Origin: a virus
Taxonomy: Duplodnaviria > Caudoviricetes
Virus record (IMG/VR): IMGVR_UViG_3300025133_000020
DNA length: 64,000 nucleotides
Direction: 5' to 3' (one strand)
Shown: piece by piece, positions 47,363 to 56,091 of the stretch
Layout: each line of letters starts with the position of its first letter
How positions within the stretch are numbered: position 1 is the first letter of the stretch
Made by a program: the position numbers and the translations under genes
Notes under the pieces: generated by a model
Databases searched by the model: none
Told to the model about the DNA's origin: nothing
Seen by the model: the letters and a program-made list of their open reading frames with translations, nothing else

Positions 47363-48994
47363 ATGGCAGGTACTAAAAAAATATACACAGACTTATACGT
47401 AAAGGGCACACTTAACAACAACGGATTCTCATTCCCAGAAAGTGATGGGACGAATGGTCAAGCATTACTAACAACTGGTACAGGAAGTACTGTTTGGGGT
47501 AATATCTCAGGCGCAACGTCAGGTTGCTGCTTAGACGTATTCGTTACAGGTGGTACTTATACAGGTACAACAATCGTATTAACTAATACCACAGGTGGTA
47601 CAGTTAGTATAACTGGAATCACAGGTGGTGGAACAGGTAGTACATTTCCTGGTGGAAATAATACCCATGTTCAATGGAATAATGGTGGTTTATTTGATGG
47701 TACCAGTGGATTAACTTGGGATGGAAGTGAGCAATTCAACGTAGTTTCAGATTACAGTGGTTCAACCCAAAAATTAAGTATTGGTAAGGCTAATTTAGCT
47801 GGATTAGCTGATTACGATGGTGTGGGAATGTCCTATAAGAATCCTTTATCTGCTGGAACAAGTGGTTTATGGAGTGGTAATTTATCTGCCGTTAGTGGTC
47901 AAGATAACCATTCAGTTTTAGGTTATGCAGATTTGATGAGTAATACTCAGAACCTTTTGAGTATTAGCGCTTCTGAGGTAGGAATACAATCTACAACCCC
48001 TAGTGAAAGTTCTTCATTCTCTATGCTGGCTGGTGATGACACTCAAATACAATTAGAAAGTACGGGAACAACAGCTTTTATAGTAAGAGATGGGATTGGA
48101 AACCGTATGTTACAAGTTAATACTGCTGGTGACATCATATTTAACGATAATTATACATTCCCACAAGGTGATGGTTCAAATGGTCAAGTATTATCCACAG
48201 ACGGTGGTGGAAACGTATCATGGGAAAATGCCGCTTCAGGTGGGACGGGTGGTACCTCAATTATGATTGTAGGTGTTGGTTCCAACTCAACAATTAGAGA
48301 TAATGTAGGTAATACTGCTTCAGGTTATTATTCAGCCGCTTTAGGTGGTGGTGGTAATGTCGCTTCAGGTAATTATTCATTCGTTGGTGGTGGGCATGAT
48401 AATACAGCTTCAAATTATTGTGCAACAGTGGGTGGTGGTAAATGTAATATTGCTTCAGGTAATACTTCAACCGTATCTGGTGGGTATCAGAATACTGCTG
48501 GTAATAGTAACTCAGCAGTCGGTGGTGGTATTGATAACACCGCATCAGGTTATTACGCGGTTATTGGAGGTGGAGCATATAATACCGCTAGTGGTGCTGC
48601 ATCAACCGTAGCTGGTGGTAGTAATAACGCCTCTTCGGGTCAAGGGTCATTCATAGGTGGTGGATGGGAGAATACAGCTTCTGGTGCTTATTCAGTAATT
48701 GGTGGTGGTTTGGGTAATACCGCTTCGGGTTGTTACACATCCGTATTGGGTGGGCAGGGTAACACGGCTTCAGGTAACTATTCATCCGTATTGGGTGGGC
48801 AAGGATTATCTGCTGGAACAAATACATCGGCAGTACCTAACTTAGATATTAACGGTGATATTAGATTAATCGGAACATCAACAGCAACAGAAGCCTTTAA
48901 TGGTTCTGCTGGTGCAGTACCTTCAAGTGCGGCAACTTATGTAACAATAACATTGGATGGGTCAGATTATCTACTCCCATTATTTAGTATTTAA
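47363..48994 (+). CDS. Modular fibre protein 4
   Basis: Patchwork of segments near-identical to fibres 1 and 2. Confidence 0.8.
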   Translation: MAGTKKIYTDLYVKGTLNNNGFSFPESDGTNGQALLTTGTGSTVWGNISGATSGCCLDVFVTGGTYTGTTIVLTNTTGGTVSITGITGGGTGSTFPGGNNTHVQWNNGGLFDGTSGLTWDGSEQFNVVSDYSGSTQKLSIGKANLAGLADYDGVGMSYKNPLSAGTSGLWSGNLSAVSGQDNHSVLGYADLMSNTQNLLSISASEVGIQSTTPSESSSFSMLAGDDTQIQLESTGTTAFIVRDGIGNRMLQVNTAGDIIFNDNYTFPQGDGSNGQVLSTDGGGNVSWENAASGGTGGTSIMIVGVGSNSTIRDNVGNTASGYYSAALGGGGNVASGNYSFVGGGHDNTASNYCATVGGGKCNIASGNTSTVSGGYQNTAGNSNSAVGGGIDNTASGYYAVIGGGAYNTASGAASTVAGGSNNASSGQGSFIGGGWENTASGAYSVIGGGLGNTASGCYTSVLGGQGNTASGNYSSVLGGQGLSAGTNTSAVPNLDINGDIRLIGTSTATEAFNGSAGAVPSSAATYVTITLDGSDYLLPLFSI

Positions 48995-49078
48995 CAAATA
49001 AAAAAGGTAGACTATTTATAATAAGACGGTACCGAAAAATTGTTACCACATTATAACACATTAAAAAAACAAGAAAAA

Positions 49079-49453
49079 ATGGCAGATAGCGGAGCAACAA
49101 GCGGAGACACAGTAACAAGTGGAGACACAGTAACAAGTGGGGATACAGTACTGGTTACTGGGGTAACCTTAGATGAGCAAAGTAGAATCGATTTATCGGG
49201 TACAACTAGAATCATAATAAGAGAACCAAAAACGAGAGTTGTGGATAAAATCACTATAAATAGTATAGTAGATTCACCACTAAAACAGCGACTATTCGTT
49301 ATTATAGCAGAGGTCGGTCAGCTTACAATAGCTGAAGGTGTAGACTATATTGCTTTAGGTGATTGGTCAAGGTCTTATGTATATGATTACGTGTATAATT
49401 ACTACAAGACTTTTAAAGGTGATAGCCTTGTAGACGAAGGACTCCCAAAGTAA
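49079..49453 (+). CDS. Small protein with TSGDTV tandem repeats
   Basis: Start refined to ATG 49079 downstream of CTATTTATA at 49012. Confidence 0.7.
   Translation: MADSGATSGDTVTSGDTVTSGDTVLVTGVTLDEQSRIDLSGTTRIIIREPKTRVVDKITINSIVDSPLKQRLFVIIAEVGQLTIAEGVDYIALGDWSRSYVYDYVYNYYKTFKGDSLVDEGLPK
49097..49150 (+). repeat. Three tandem 18-nt repeats
   Basis: acaag(c/t)gg(a/g)ga(c/t)acagta x3. Confidence 0.95.
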
Positions 49454-49462
49454 GATAATTAA

Positions 49463-49846
49463 ATGGATTTCTTTATAAATAAAGATGCAACCTTACCAGT
49501 TCTAAGAATGGAACTGATTCAGGATGGTAGGTATGAGTGGAGTAGCTTTTTTGATAAGCTACAGAATTCTACTATGTACTTCACCATGTCCAATTTAGAA
49601 ACTGGTGTCAAAAAGATAGGTAAGAAAGTTACAACAGCGTTACTCAAAGAGGAATGTCCAGATTGTGATGATTGTCTTGGTGATGAGTATTACCTATCGT
49701 ACAATTTTACCGCCAGAGATACAAACAAAGAAGGTGTTTATATTGGTAAATTCATTATCGAATTCGATGATGGTTCTGGAACTCTGATTGTACCTCTGCG
49801 TGAGGAACTACGCATCAATGTTATTGGTGGGTCAATCAAGAAATAA
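49463..49846 (+). CDS. BppU-like Ig-fold small protein
   Basis: FFINKDATLP...YNFTARDTNKEGVYIGKF..EF. Confidence 0.6.
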   Translation: MDFFINKDATLPVLRMELIQDGRYEWSSFFDKLQNSTMYFTMSNLETGVKKIGKKVTTALLKEECPDCDDCLGDEYYLSYNFTARDTNKEGVYIGKFIIEFDDGSGTLIVPLREELRINVIGGSIKK

Positions 49847-49856
49847 GTCCATAGGG

Positions 49857-49887
49857 TTGACACTCTCAATTTTTTTCAGTATGTTCG
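49857..49887 (+). promoter_or_regulatory. Promoter TTGACA-N17-TATGTTCG
   Basis: Upstream of DNA polymerase. Confidence 0.75.
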
Positions 49888-49949
49888 TGTTATAATTTTA
49901 CGACCTTATCTATGTTGGATAGGTGTTCGAACAACAAATTAACAACATC

Positions 49950-52900
49950 ATGGCAAACATCAATTCCGAGACCATCGAGAAATTTCTCGCTGGCAAAAAC
50001 CAACAATCTTACATCACATCAATAGAAGTCCCTTATTATTCGAATGAGGCTTCAGTGATAGTAAATCACCCTGAAAGAGGGAAATCAATAGAAAAACATA
50101 AATTCAGACCGTTCGTATGGATGAGACATGACGTTTCAGGTATCCTATACGGTGGTAATAGACTTCTAATCAAACGTGCCATGAACGAATATGGCGTCAA
50201 GATTAAAGAGTTGAAGGTGACGGATGAGACTGGCTTCACCCCAGATAGAATGAAGAACGGTTTTAAATACCTTGCTTCAACAGATAGGAGTTATTCCAAG
50301 TTATTAGAATTCTTCGAGAATGGTGGTATAAAGGTTTATAACGACCCTAACTATTCTCGAATGTTCCAAGCATTCTCACCTACAGAACAATTCATGATAC
50401 AGACTGGTAAGCGTCTGTTCAAAGGTATGGAAGATTACGACCATATCCACAGGTTCCAGTTTGACCTTGAAACGAAAGGGCTTATAGCTGAGGAACATGA
50501 GATATTCCAAATAGGTATGAGTGATAATAAGGGTTGGTCAAAAATCCTTACGACAACTGGCGATACACTACAAGAGCGTAGAGATTCTGAACGACTGAAT
50601 ATTCAAGAGTTCTTCCGAGAAATCATAAGAAAGAAACCAGATACGATTGCAGGGTATTACTCTGAGAATTTCGACTGGGACTTCATCGAGAAAAGATGTA
50701 AGAGGTTAGGGGTACCAATGGAAAATTTGGCTATAACCCTTAACGGTAAGGATAAAATTAAGCGTAGACCTTCTTCTGTTAAGTTAGGTGCCAAGAGTGA
50801 ACATTACGTACAAACGTACTTATGGGGTTTCAACGTATTGGATATCTCTCACGCAGTAAGACGAGCAATGGAGATTAACTCCAACATCAAATCTTGGGGT
50901 CTTAAATATATTACCCAATTCTCTAAAGTACACAAGGAAAACCGTGTGTATGTTCCTGGTAAAGATATCTACAAAACGTGGGCTGATAAGGGAACCGATT
51001 ACTGGTTTTGTGATGAAGATGGTTCTTGGGGGAAGATAAAGCCTGATAGTAAGTTAGAACACAACATGGAGATTGTGTCTGGTTCTTACATTGTAGAGCG
51101 ATACCTTCTTGATGACCTTTGGGAAACTGAAAAGGTTGATGCTATCTACAATCAAGCGTCTTTCCTATTAGCTAAGATTTTACCTACGGGTTACATGCGT
51201 AGCTCTACTATGGGTACCGCAGGTCAATGGACACTTCTATTGGCTGCTTGGTCTTACGAAAATAATCTTGGAATACCTGAATATGGTGAAAAAGAAGACT
51301 TTACGGGTGGTCTTTCACGATTATTAGAGACTGGATATGCTACCAGAGTGGTCAAGCTTGACTTCGCGGCACTTTACCCTAAAACTACTTTGACTTGGGA
51401 TATATTCCCAGATTTGGATATCTCTCACGTTATGAAAGGTCTATTGACCTATGTTGTGGATACCCGTGATAAATACAAATTCCTTACTGCTGAATACTAT
51501 GAGGAAGTTGATAAGCTTAAAGAAACACTTGAAGGGTTGGAGCCTAACACCCCTGATTATCAATTAATTAGCGATGAAATAACTAGGAAAACTAGGTTAG
51601 CATCTGATGCGGATAAGAAGCAGTTACCACTTAAGATATTGGCTAACTCATTCTTTGGTTCTTATGGTGCGCCACACATCTTCCCATGGGGTGATGTTAA
51701 GTGTGCTGAGAGGATTACATGTATGTCAAGACAAAACCTTAGACTTATGGTTACCTTCTTCAAGGATAGAGGGTTCCGACCATTGGTTGGTGATACTGAT
51801 GGTTTCAACTTTGCGGTATTGGATGAAGTGGATGAGTATACTTATACTCCTACTTGTGAGCATAGTTTGACTAAGAAGTATGATGGTACTGAATTGAAAG
51901 GTGTTGAAGCTGTTGTAGCAGAGTTCAACGAAACCCTAATGACTGGGTGGATGGGACTTGATGTGGATGATATTTGTGAAGCCACTATCAACTTTAAGAG
52001 GAAGAACTATGCTAACCTTATCAATGGTAAGGTCAAGTTGGTCGGTAACTCTATCAAGTCTAAGAAGATGCCTACATACATTGAGGAATTCCTTAATATC
52101 GGTATCCCATTATTACTGCATGGTAAAGGTCATGAATTCATTCAAGAGTATTACAAAGAGGTTGATAAGATTTTCAACTACGAGATACCTATTGTGAAGA
52201 TTGCTTCCAAAGGTAAGGTTAATGAGACTTTAGAGTCGTATGAGAGAGATTGTAAGACCAAAACGAAGTCTGGTAGCTATAAAGCTAGAAAGGCTCATAT
52301 GGAGCTTGTTAAGCATCATGAGTTGACTGTTAACATGGGTGATGTAATCCATTATGTTAATACGGGTCAAGCAAAATCTACTGGTGATGTTTCGGTTAAG
52401 ACTGAGAAAGAGAGTGGTAAGAGAACCGTAACCATCAATTGCAAGTACATACCTGAAAGTATGTTAGAGGATAATCCAGACCTTGTTACTGAAGAATATA
52501 ATGCTGCGAGATATATCACAGCACTTAATAAGAAAGTAGTACCGTTATTGGTTTGTTTCGATAAGGAAATACGTGATGAAATTATCATTGAAACTGTTAA
52601 GGATAGAAAGCTTAAAGAATACGTTCTTAAGCCTAGAAGTATGTTCACCGAGAACCAGTGTAAATTGGTTAATAATCAACCTATCGAAGAGAAAGACCAA
52701 GATGATTTCCAGACAGCCCTTATGACTATGGAAGATAAGGAAATCAGATTCTGGGATAAGGTGGATGAAGTACCTCACCTTATGGAAAGTACCGAATGGG
52801 AAGTCCTTAAGCATGACTACCAAGAGCGTAAGCGTATTGAACGTAGAGAAAGCATCAATGCTGAAATCAGTCACATACATCAAGTAGCTAGAAGCTTTGA

Positions 52901-53507
52901 ATTGAAGGATATAACCAATATGGAGTTATACGGTAAGATTCCTCACGATATACTTAAGATGTCTACCATTGACGCTAAGAACCGTAAACTACGGTCAATC
53001 AAGTGGGATGTGTCATTAACTGACCTGACAGTCTTATTTGACTATAAGGAAGATGCTCAGATACGTGATAAGTTCTACACCAAAGCACTCCTATATCTTA
53101 CCAGAGATAGGAAACACACTCCTATGCATTACTGGGTTGAGTTCCAAGATTATATCAGGGACGTTAGATTCCAAGGTATAGATAAAAATCATAGAATTCA
53201 GAACTACTGGATTGATATCGCTGAAGAAATCGGTTACGATACCTTAATGGCGCTTGAACCTGATAAGTTATACGAATACTGGTTGAAGTGTGAAGAGAAG
53301 TTCCCAACGGCTCGTAAACCTATGTCTCAAGAAGAAGCGTATGCTGACATGCGACCAACGTTTGATGAGATGGAATCCGCAGTAGAGGATTATCAAAGCC
53401 AACGTATGGTTAGTAAAGGTATTATGACGCAAGAGGAAGCTGACCAACGTAAAGATGAGATAGCTAAGACTAAAGCCGAGGAAGAGGATGTGGACTGGGG
53501 ATTTTAA
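49950..53507 (+). CDS. polB: Family B DNA polymerase with long C-terminal extension
   Basis: Exo FDLET/ENFD/YLLDD; Pol DFAALYP, KILANSFFG, GDTDG; ATG at 49950. Confidence 0.93.
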   Translation: MANINSETIEKFLAGKNQQSYITSIEVPYYSNEASVIVNHPERGKSIEKHKFRPFVWMRHDVSGILYGGNRLLIKRAMNEYGVKIKELKVTDETGFTPDRMKNGFKYLASTDRSYSKLLEFFENGGIKVYNDPNYSRMFQAFSPTEQFMIQTGKRLFKGMEDYDHIHRFQFDLETKGLIAEEHEIFQIGMSDNKGWSKILTTTGDTLQERRDSERLNIQEFFREIIRKKPDTIAGYYSENFDWDFIEKRCKRLGVPMENLAITLNGKDKIKRRPSSVKLGAKSEHYVQTYLWGFNVLDISHAVRRAMEINSNIKSWGLKYITQFSKVHKENRVYVPGKDIYKTWADKGTDYWFCDEDGSWGKIKPDSKLEHNMEIVSGSYIVERYLLDDLWETEKVDAIYNQASFLLAKILPTGYMRSSTMGTAGQWTLLLAAWSYENNLGIPEYGEKEDFTGGLSRLLETGYATRVVKLDFAALYPKTTLTWDIFPDLDISHVMKGLLTYVVDTRDKYKFLTAEYYEEVDKLKETLEGLEPNTPDYQLISDEITRKTRLASDADKKQLPLKILANSFFGSYGAPHIFPWGDVKCAERITCMSRQNLRLMVTFFKDRGFRPLVGDTDGFNFAVLDEVDEYTYTPTCEHSLTKKYDGTELKGVEAVVAEFNETLMTGWMGLDVDDICEATINFKRKNYANLINGKVKLVGNSIKSKKMPTYIEEFLNIGIPLLLHGKGHEFIQEYYKEVDKIFNYEIPIVKIASKGKVNETLESYERDCKTKTKSGSYKARKAHMELVKHHELTVNMGDVIHYVNTGQAKSTGDVSVKTEKESGKRTVTINCKYIPESMLEDNPDLVTEEYNAARYITALNKKVVPLLVCFDKEIRDEIIIETVKDRKLKEYVLKPRSMFTENQCKLVNNQPIEEKDQDDFQTALMTMEDKEIRFWDKVDEVPHLMESTEWEVLKHDYQERKRIERRESINAEISHIHQVARSFELKDITNMELYGKIPHDILKMSTIDAKNRKLRSIKWDVSLTDLTVLFDYKEDAQIRDKFYTKALLYLTRDRKHTPMHYWVEFQDYIRDVRFQGIDKNHRIQNYWIDIAEEIGYDTLMALEPDKLYEYWLKCEEKFPTARKPMSQEEAYADMRPTFDEMESAVEDYQSQRMVSKGIMTQEEADQRKDEIAKTKAEEEDVDWGF

Positions 53508-54655
53508 TAAACCCAGAAGCCTAACGGTCTGAAGCCTAGATGTTTATTTAGGTCTTCAGATTCTTTAGCTGCACGTTCTATTTGTGCTGTGGAAGATAAT
53601 CTTGCCAGCCATTCATCTAAACGTTCCAACACTTCCCTTCTTTCATCGTTACCTTCAGAAATAAGAGTTTCGTAATCCATTGTACGTTCAGCTTCTGGCG
53701 GACCTACAATACCACCGAATTTACCTCTGGTTCTACCCAAAGCTCGTTTAGATTCAGCTACGAATAACTTACGAACCAACACCTTAGTAGGCTCATTGAA
53801 ATCGGCAAAGTCTAACTTAGCCAAAGGAACCTCATTAGGTAGTTTGATGATGTCTGGGTTATCCAGTCTACATTCATCCACGTTCTCTGGAGTTGTATCG
53901 TAATAGTGGTACCACACTTGACACCCAGTCATATTGATTGAGCTTGATGTTGAACCACCAATTCCGTGACCAAATGATAGCTTAGAACCAGGAGTCGACA
54001 TTAGATGTAATAGTCTTGTTCCATCAGGTCCCGCAGTGATTTTATACACCAATTCACTTCTAAGAATTCTATTTTTAAGGTTGAAGTCTGATGCTGTTAA
54101 TAGAATGTCGTATGCTGGGGCGATGTAATATCCACCCGCACCACCTGCACCAGCAGCGTTGAAACCACCACCAGATGAACCAAGTTGTCCATAACCACCA
54201 CCGAAACCATAATCAATACCTGCATAGTTCGCCATAAGCGCCATGTCGGTTGTTGGTGGGGTCATCCATAATACTTCATTAATTTCACGACCAGCAGGTA
54301 TTTGATACACCTGTCTACCAGCTTCCAATTCTACATAATCCTTCTTAAGTTCCCAAGGACCTCTAGCTTGGTGTCCTACTTGCTTTGAATAAGCGTAGGT
54401 ATATTGTGTCATTAGGTCGAATGAGCGTACACTCATTGCGAATGCCATATCAGTAGTTGATATGCTGTCGCCCAATAATGATTGCCATTGGTGCTCGATT
54501 AACCATTCTTGAACGTATTGAGCGTAATCCTCAATAGCAATCTCAAGAAGAGTACACAGGGTCTCATCTTTTAATTCTATATTCCGTATCGGAGCACCCA
54601 TTTGTGCTCGGAATTGGTTAAATATTCTTTGTTTGTCTTCGTTTGATACTGCCAT
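53504..54655 (-). CDS. Neck protein (T4 gp13-like)
   Basis: GAPIRNIELKDE..., terminal LNKHLGFRPLGFW pattern; late promoter. Confidence 0.65.
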   Translation of the reverse strand: MAVSNEDKQRIFNQFRAQMGAPIRNIELKDETLCTLLEIAIEDYAQYVQEWLIEHQWQSLLGDSISTTDMAFAMSVRSFDLMTQYTYAYSKQVGHQARGPWELKKDYVELEAGRQVYQIPAGREINEVLWMTPPTTDMALMANYAGIDYGFGGGYGQLGSSGGGFNAAGAGGAGGYYIAPAYDILLTASDFNLKNRILRSELVYKITAGPDGTRLLHLMSTPGSKLSFGHGIGGSTSSSINMTGCQVWYHYYDTTPENVDECRLDNPDIIKLPNEVPLAKLDFADFNEPTKVLVRKLFVAESKRALGRTRGKFGGIVGPPEAERTMDYETLISEGNDERREVLERLDEWLARLSSTAQIERAAKESEDLNKHLGFRPLGFWVY

Positions 54656-54672
54656 TTTCGGTAGTGTTTAAC

Positions 54673-54681
54673 TATAAATAT
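54673..54681 (-). promoter_or_regulatory. Putative late promoter ATATTTATA
   Basis: Upstream of neck gene. Confidence 0.6.
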
Positions 54682-54702
54682 CCAACAAATGGATAAACCG
54701 TA

Positions 54703-54741
54703 CTAGTTATCTGACAATAATTTTTTGGTGATTATTTGGTA
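54703..54741 (-). pseudogene. Probable stranded original 3' end of the glutaredoxin gene
   Basis: YQIITKKLLSDN* versus current YLLVKKLLNDS. Confidence 0.5.
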
Positions 54742-54769
54742 CCAAATCGTTCTTTTTAGATTATAGTAG

Positions 54770-54778
54770 ATATTTAAT
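54770..54778 (+). promoter_or_regulatory. Putative late promoter ATATTTAAT
   Basis: 3 nt before endonuclease ATG. Confidence 0.5.
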
Positions 54779-54781
54779 AGT

Positions 54782-55867
54782 ATGACTAAAACGATAAAAT
54801 TTGTAAATGAGTGTAAAGCTATATTTGGTGAAGAATACGATTACAGTAAAGTAGAATATACCAATCTTAAAACTAAAGTGGAAATTGTGTGTCCCACACA
54901 CGGCTCCTTTCATAAAACGCCACATCATCATAAAATTAGAAAACAAGGGTGTCCTAAATGTTCTAATGCAATTAAAAGTAAAAACAATACCAAGACCACC
55001 GAGAAATTCATAAAACAATCAATAGTGGTACATGGTGATAGATACGATTATTCAAAGGTTGCATACGAACATGCTAAACGTAAAGTGAGTATTATATGTC
55101 CAAAACACGGAGAATTCAGACAAACACCAGATAATCATTTACAAGGTAATAATTGCCCCAAATGCGTTGGTAAGTCTATGACTAATGAAGATATATTGAT
55201 TAAATTTAATGAAACTCATAGTAATAAGTATGATTATTCTAATGTATATTATGTTAACGGTAAAACTAAAGTTAAAATTATATGTCCAGAACATGGAGAA
55301 TTCAAGCAGTTGCCATACCCACACATAAATGGTCAAGGTTGTCCACGTTGCTTTGGACTAAACAAAACCAACGAGATTTTCATTAACGATTCCAAATTAA
55401 TTCATGGTGATAGATACGATTACTCCAAAATAGAATACATTAATAATAAATGTAAGGTTATTATTAAATGTCCAGAACATGGAGAATTCAAACAAACACC
55501 AAATATGCATCTACAGGGTAATGGTTGTCCTACTTGTAAAGAATCGGTAGGTGAGAAATTAGTGAGAGGTTACCTGATATGTAACAATATTAATTTTAGT
55601 CCCCAACATTCATTCAACGAATGTAAAAATGTTTGTGCTTTACCTTTTGACTTCTATTTACCAGAATATAATGTTTGTATTGAATATGATGGCATTCAAC
55701 ATTTTAAACCAATATCGTTTTTCGGTGGTATCGGAGGATTCAATAATAGGAAGCGTAACGATAACATTAAAAATAGGTTTTGTGAAAATAATAACATCGA
55801 TTTACTCCGAATACCCTATGATTCGGATGTGTTTGAATCGTTGAGTAACTTTTTTACCAATAAATAA
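54782..55867 (+). mobile_element. Endonuclease with tandem DUF723-like Zn modules and Vsr/DUF559-like nuclease
   Basis: Repeated YDYSKVxY...ICPxHGEFxQxPxxHxxGxGCPxC; PFDFYLPEYNVCIEYDGIQHF; inverted relative to neighbours. Confidence 0.85.
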
Positions 55868-56091
55868 CCTTCCTTAATAGTCTTGAACGAACGCTCTGGT
55901 ATCAGTATCTTCTTACCGACAATAATAATAGGGACACTATCGGCTCCACTTATTTCAACTATTTTATTGAACTCCAGTTTGTTCTTGTTAAGCTCAACTT
56001 CCACTTCTTTAAATTCTACGCCACCTTCTGTGAAATATTTTTTCATCTCATCACAGAATGGACATTTCTTCATTGTGTATAATCGTACCAT
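55816..56091 (-). CDS. Glutaredoxin-like protein (NrdH type)
   Basis: CPFC active site, SVPII. Confidence 0.85.
   Translation of the reverse strand: MVRLYTMKKCPFCDEMKKYFTEGGVEFKEVEVELNKNKLEFNKIVEISGADSVPIIIVGKKILIPERSFKTIKEGYLLVKKLLNDSNTSES

Noticed and set aside
39900-48800. CRISPR array
   Set aside because: Periodic ~42-nt similarity is degenerate and codon-phased within ORFs; no constant repeat with unique spacers
37418-48994. Diversity-generating retroelement in the fibre array
   Set aside because: No reverse transcriptase in the window; shared segments are in-frame coding and do not show adenine-specific mismatches
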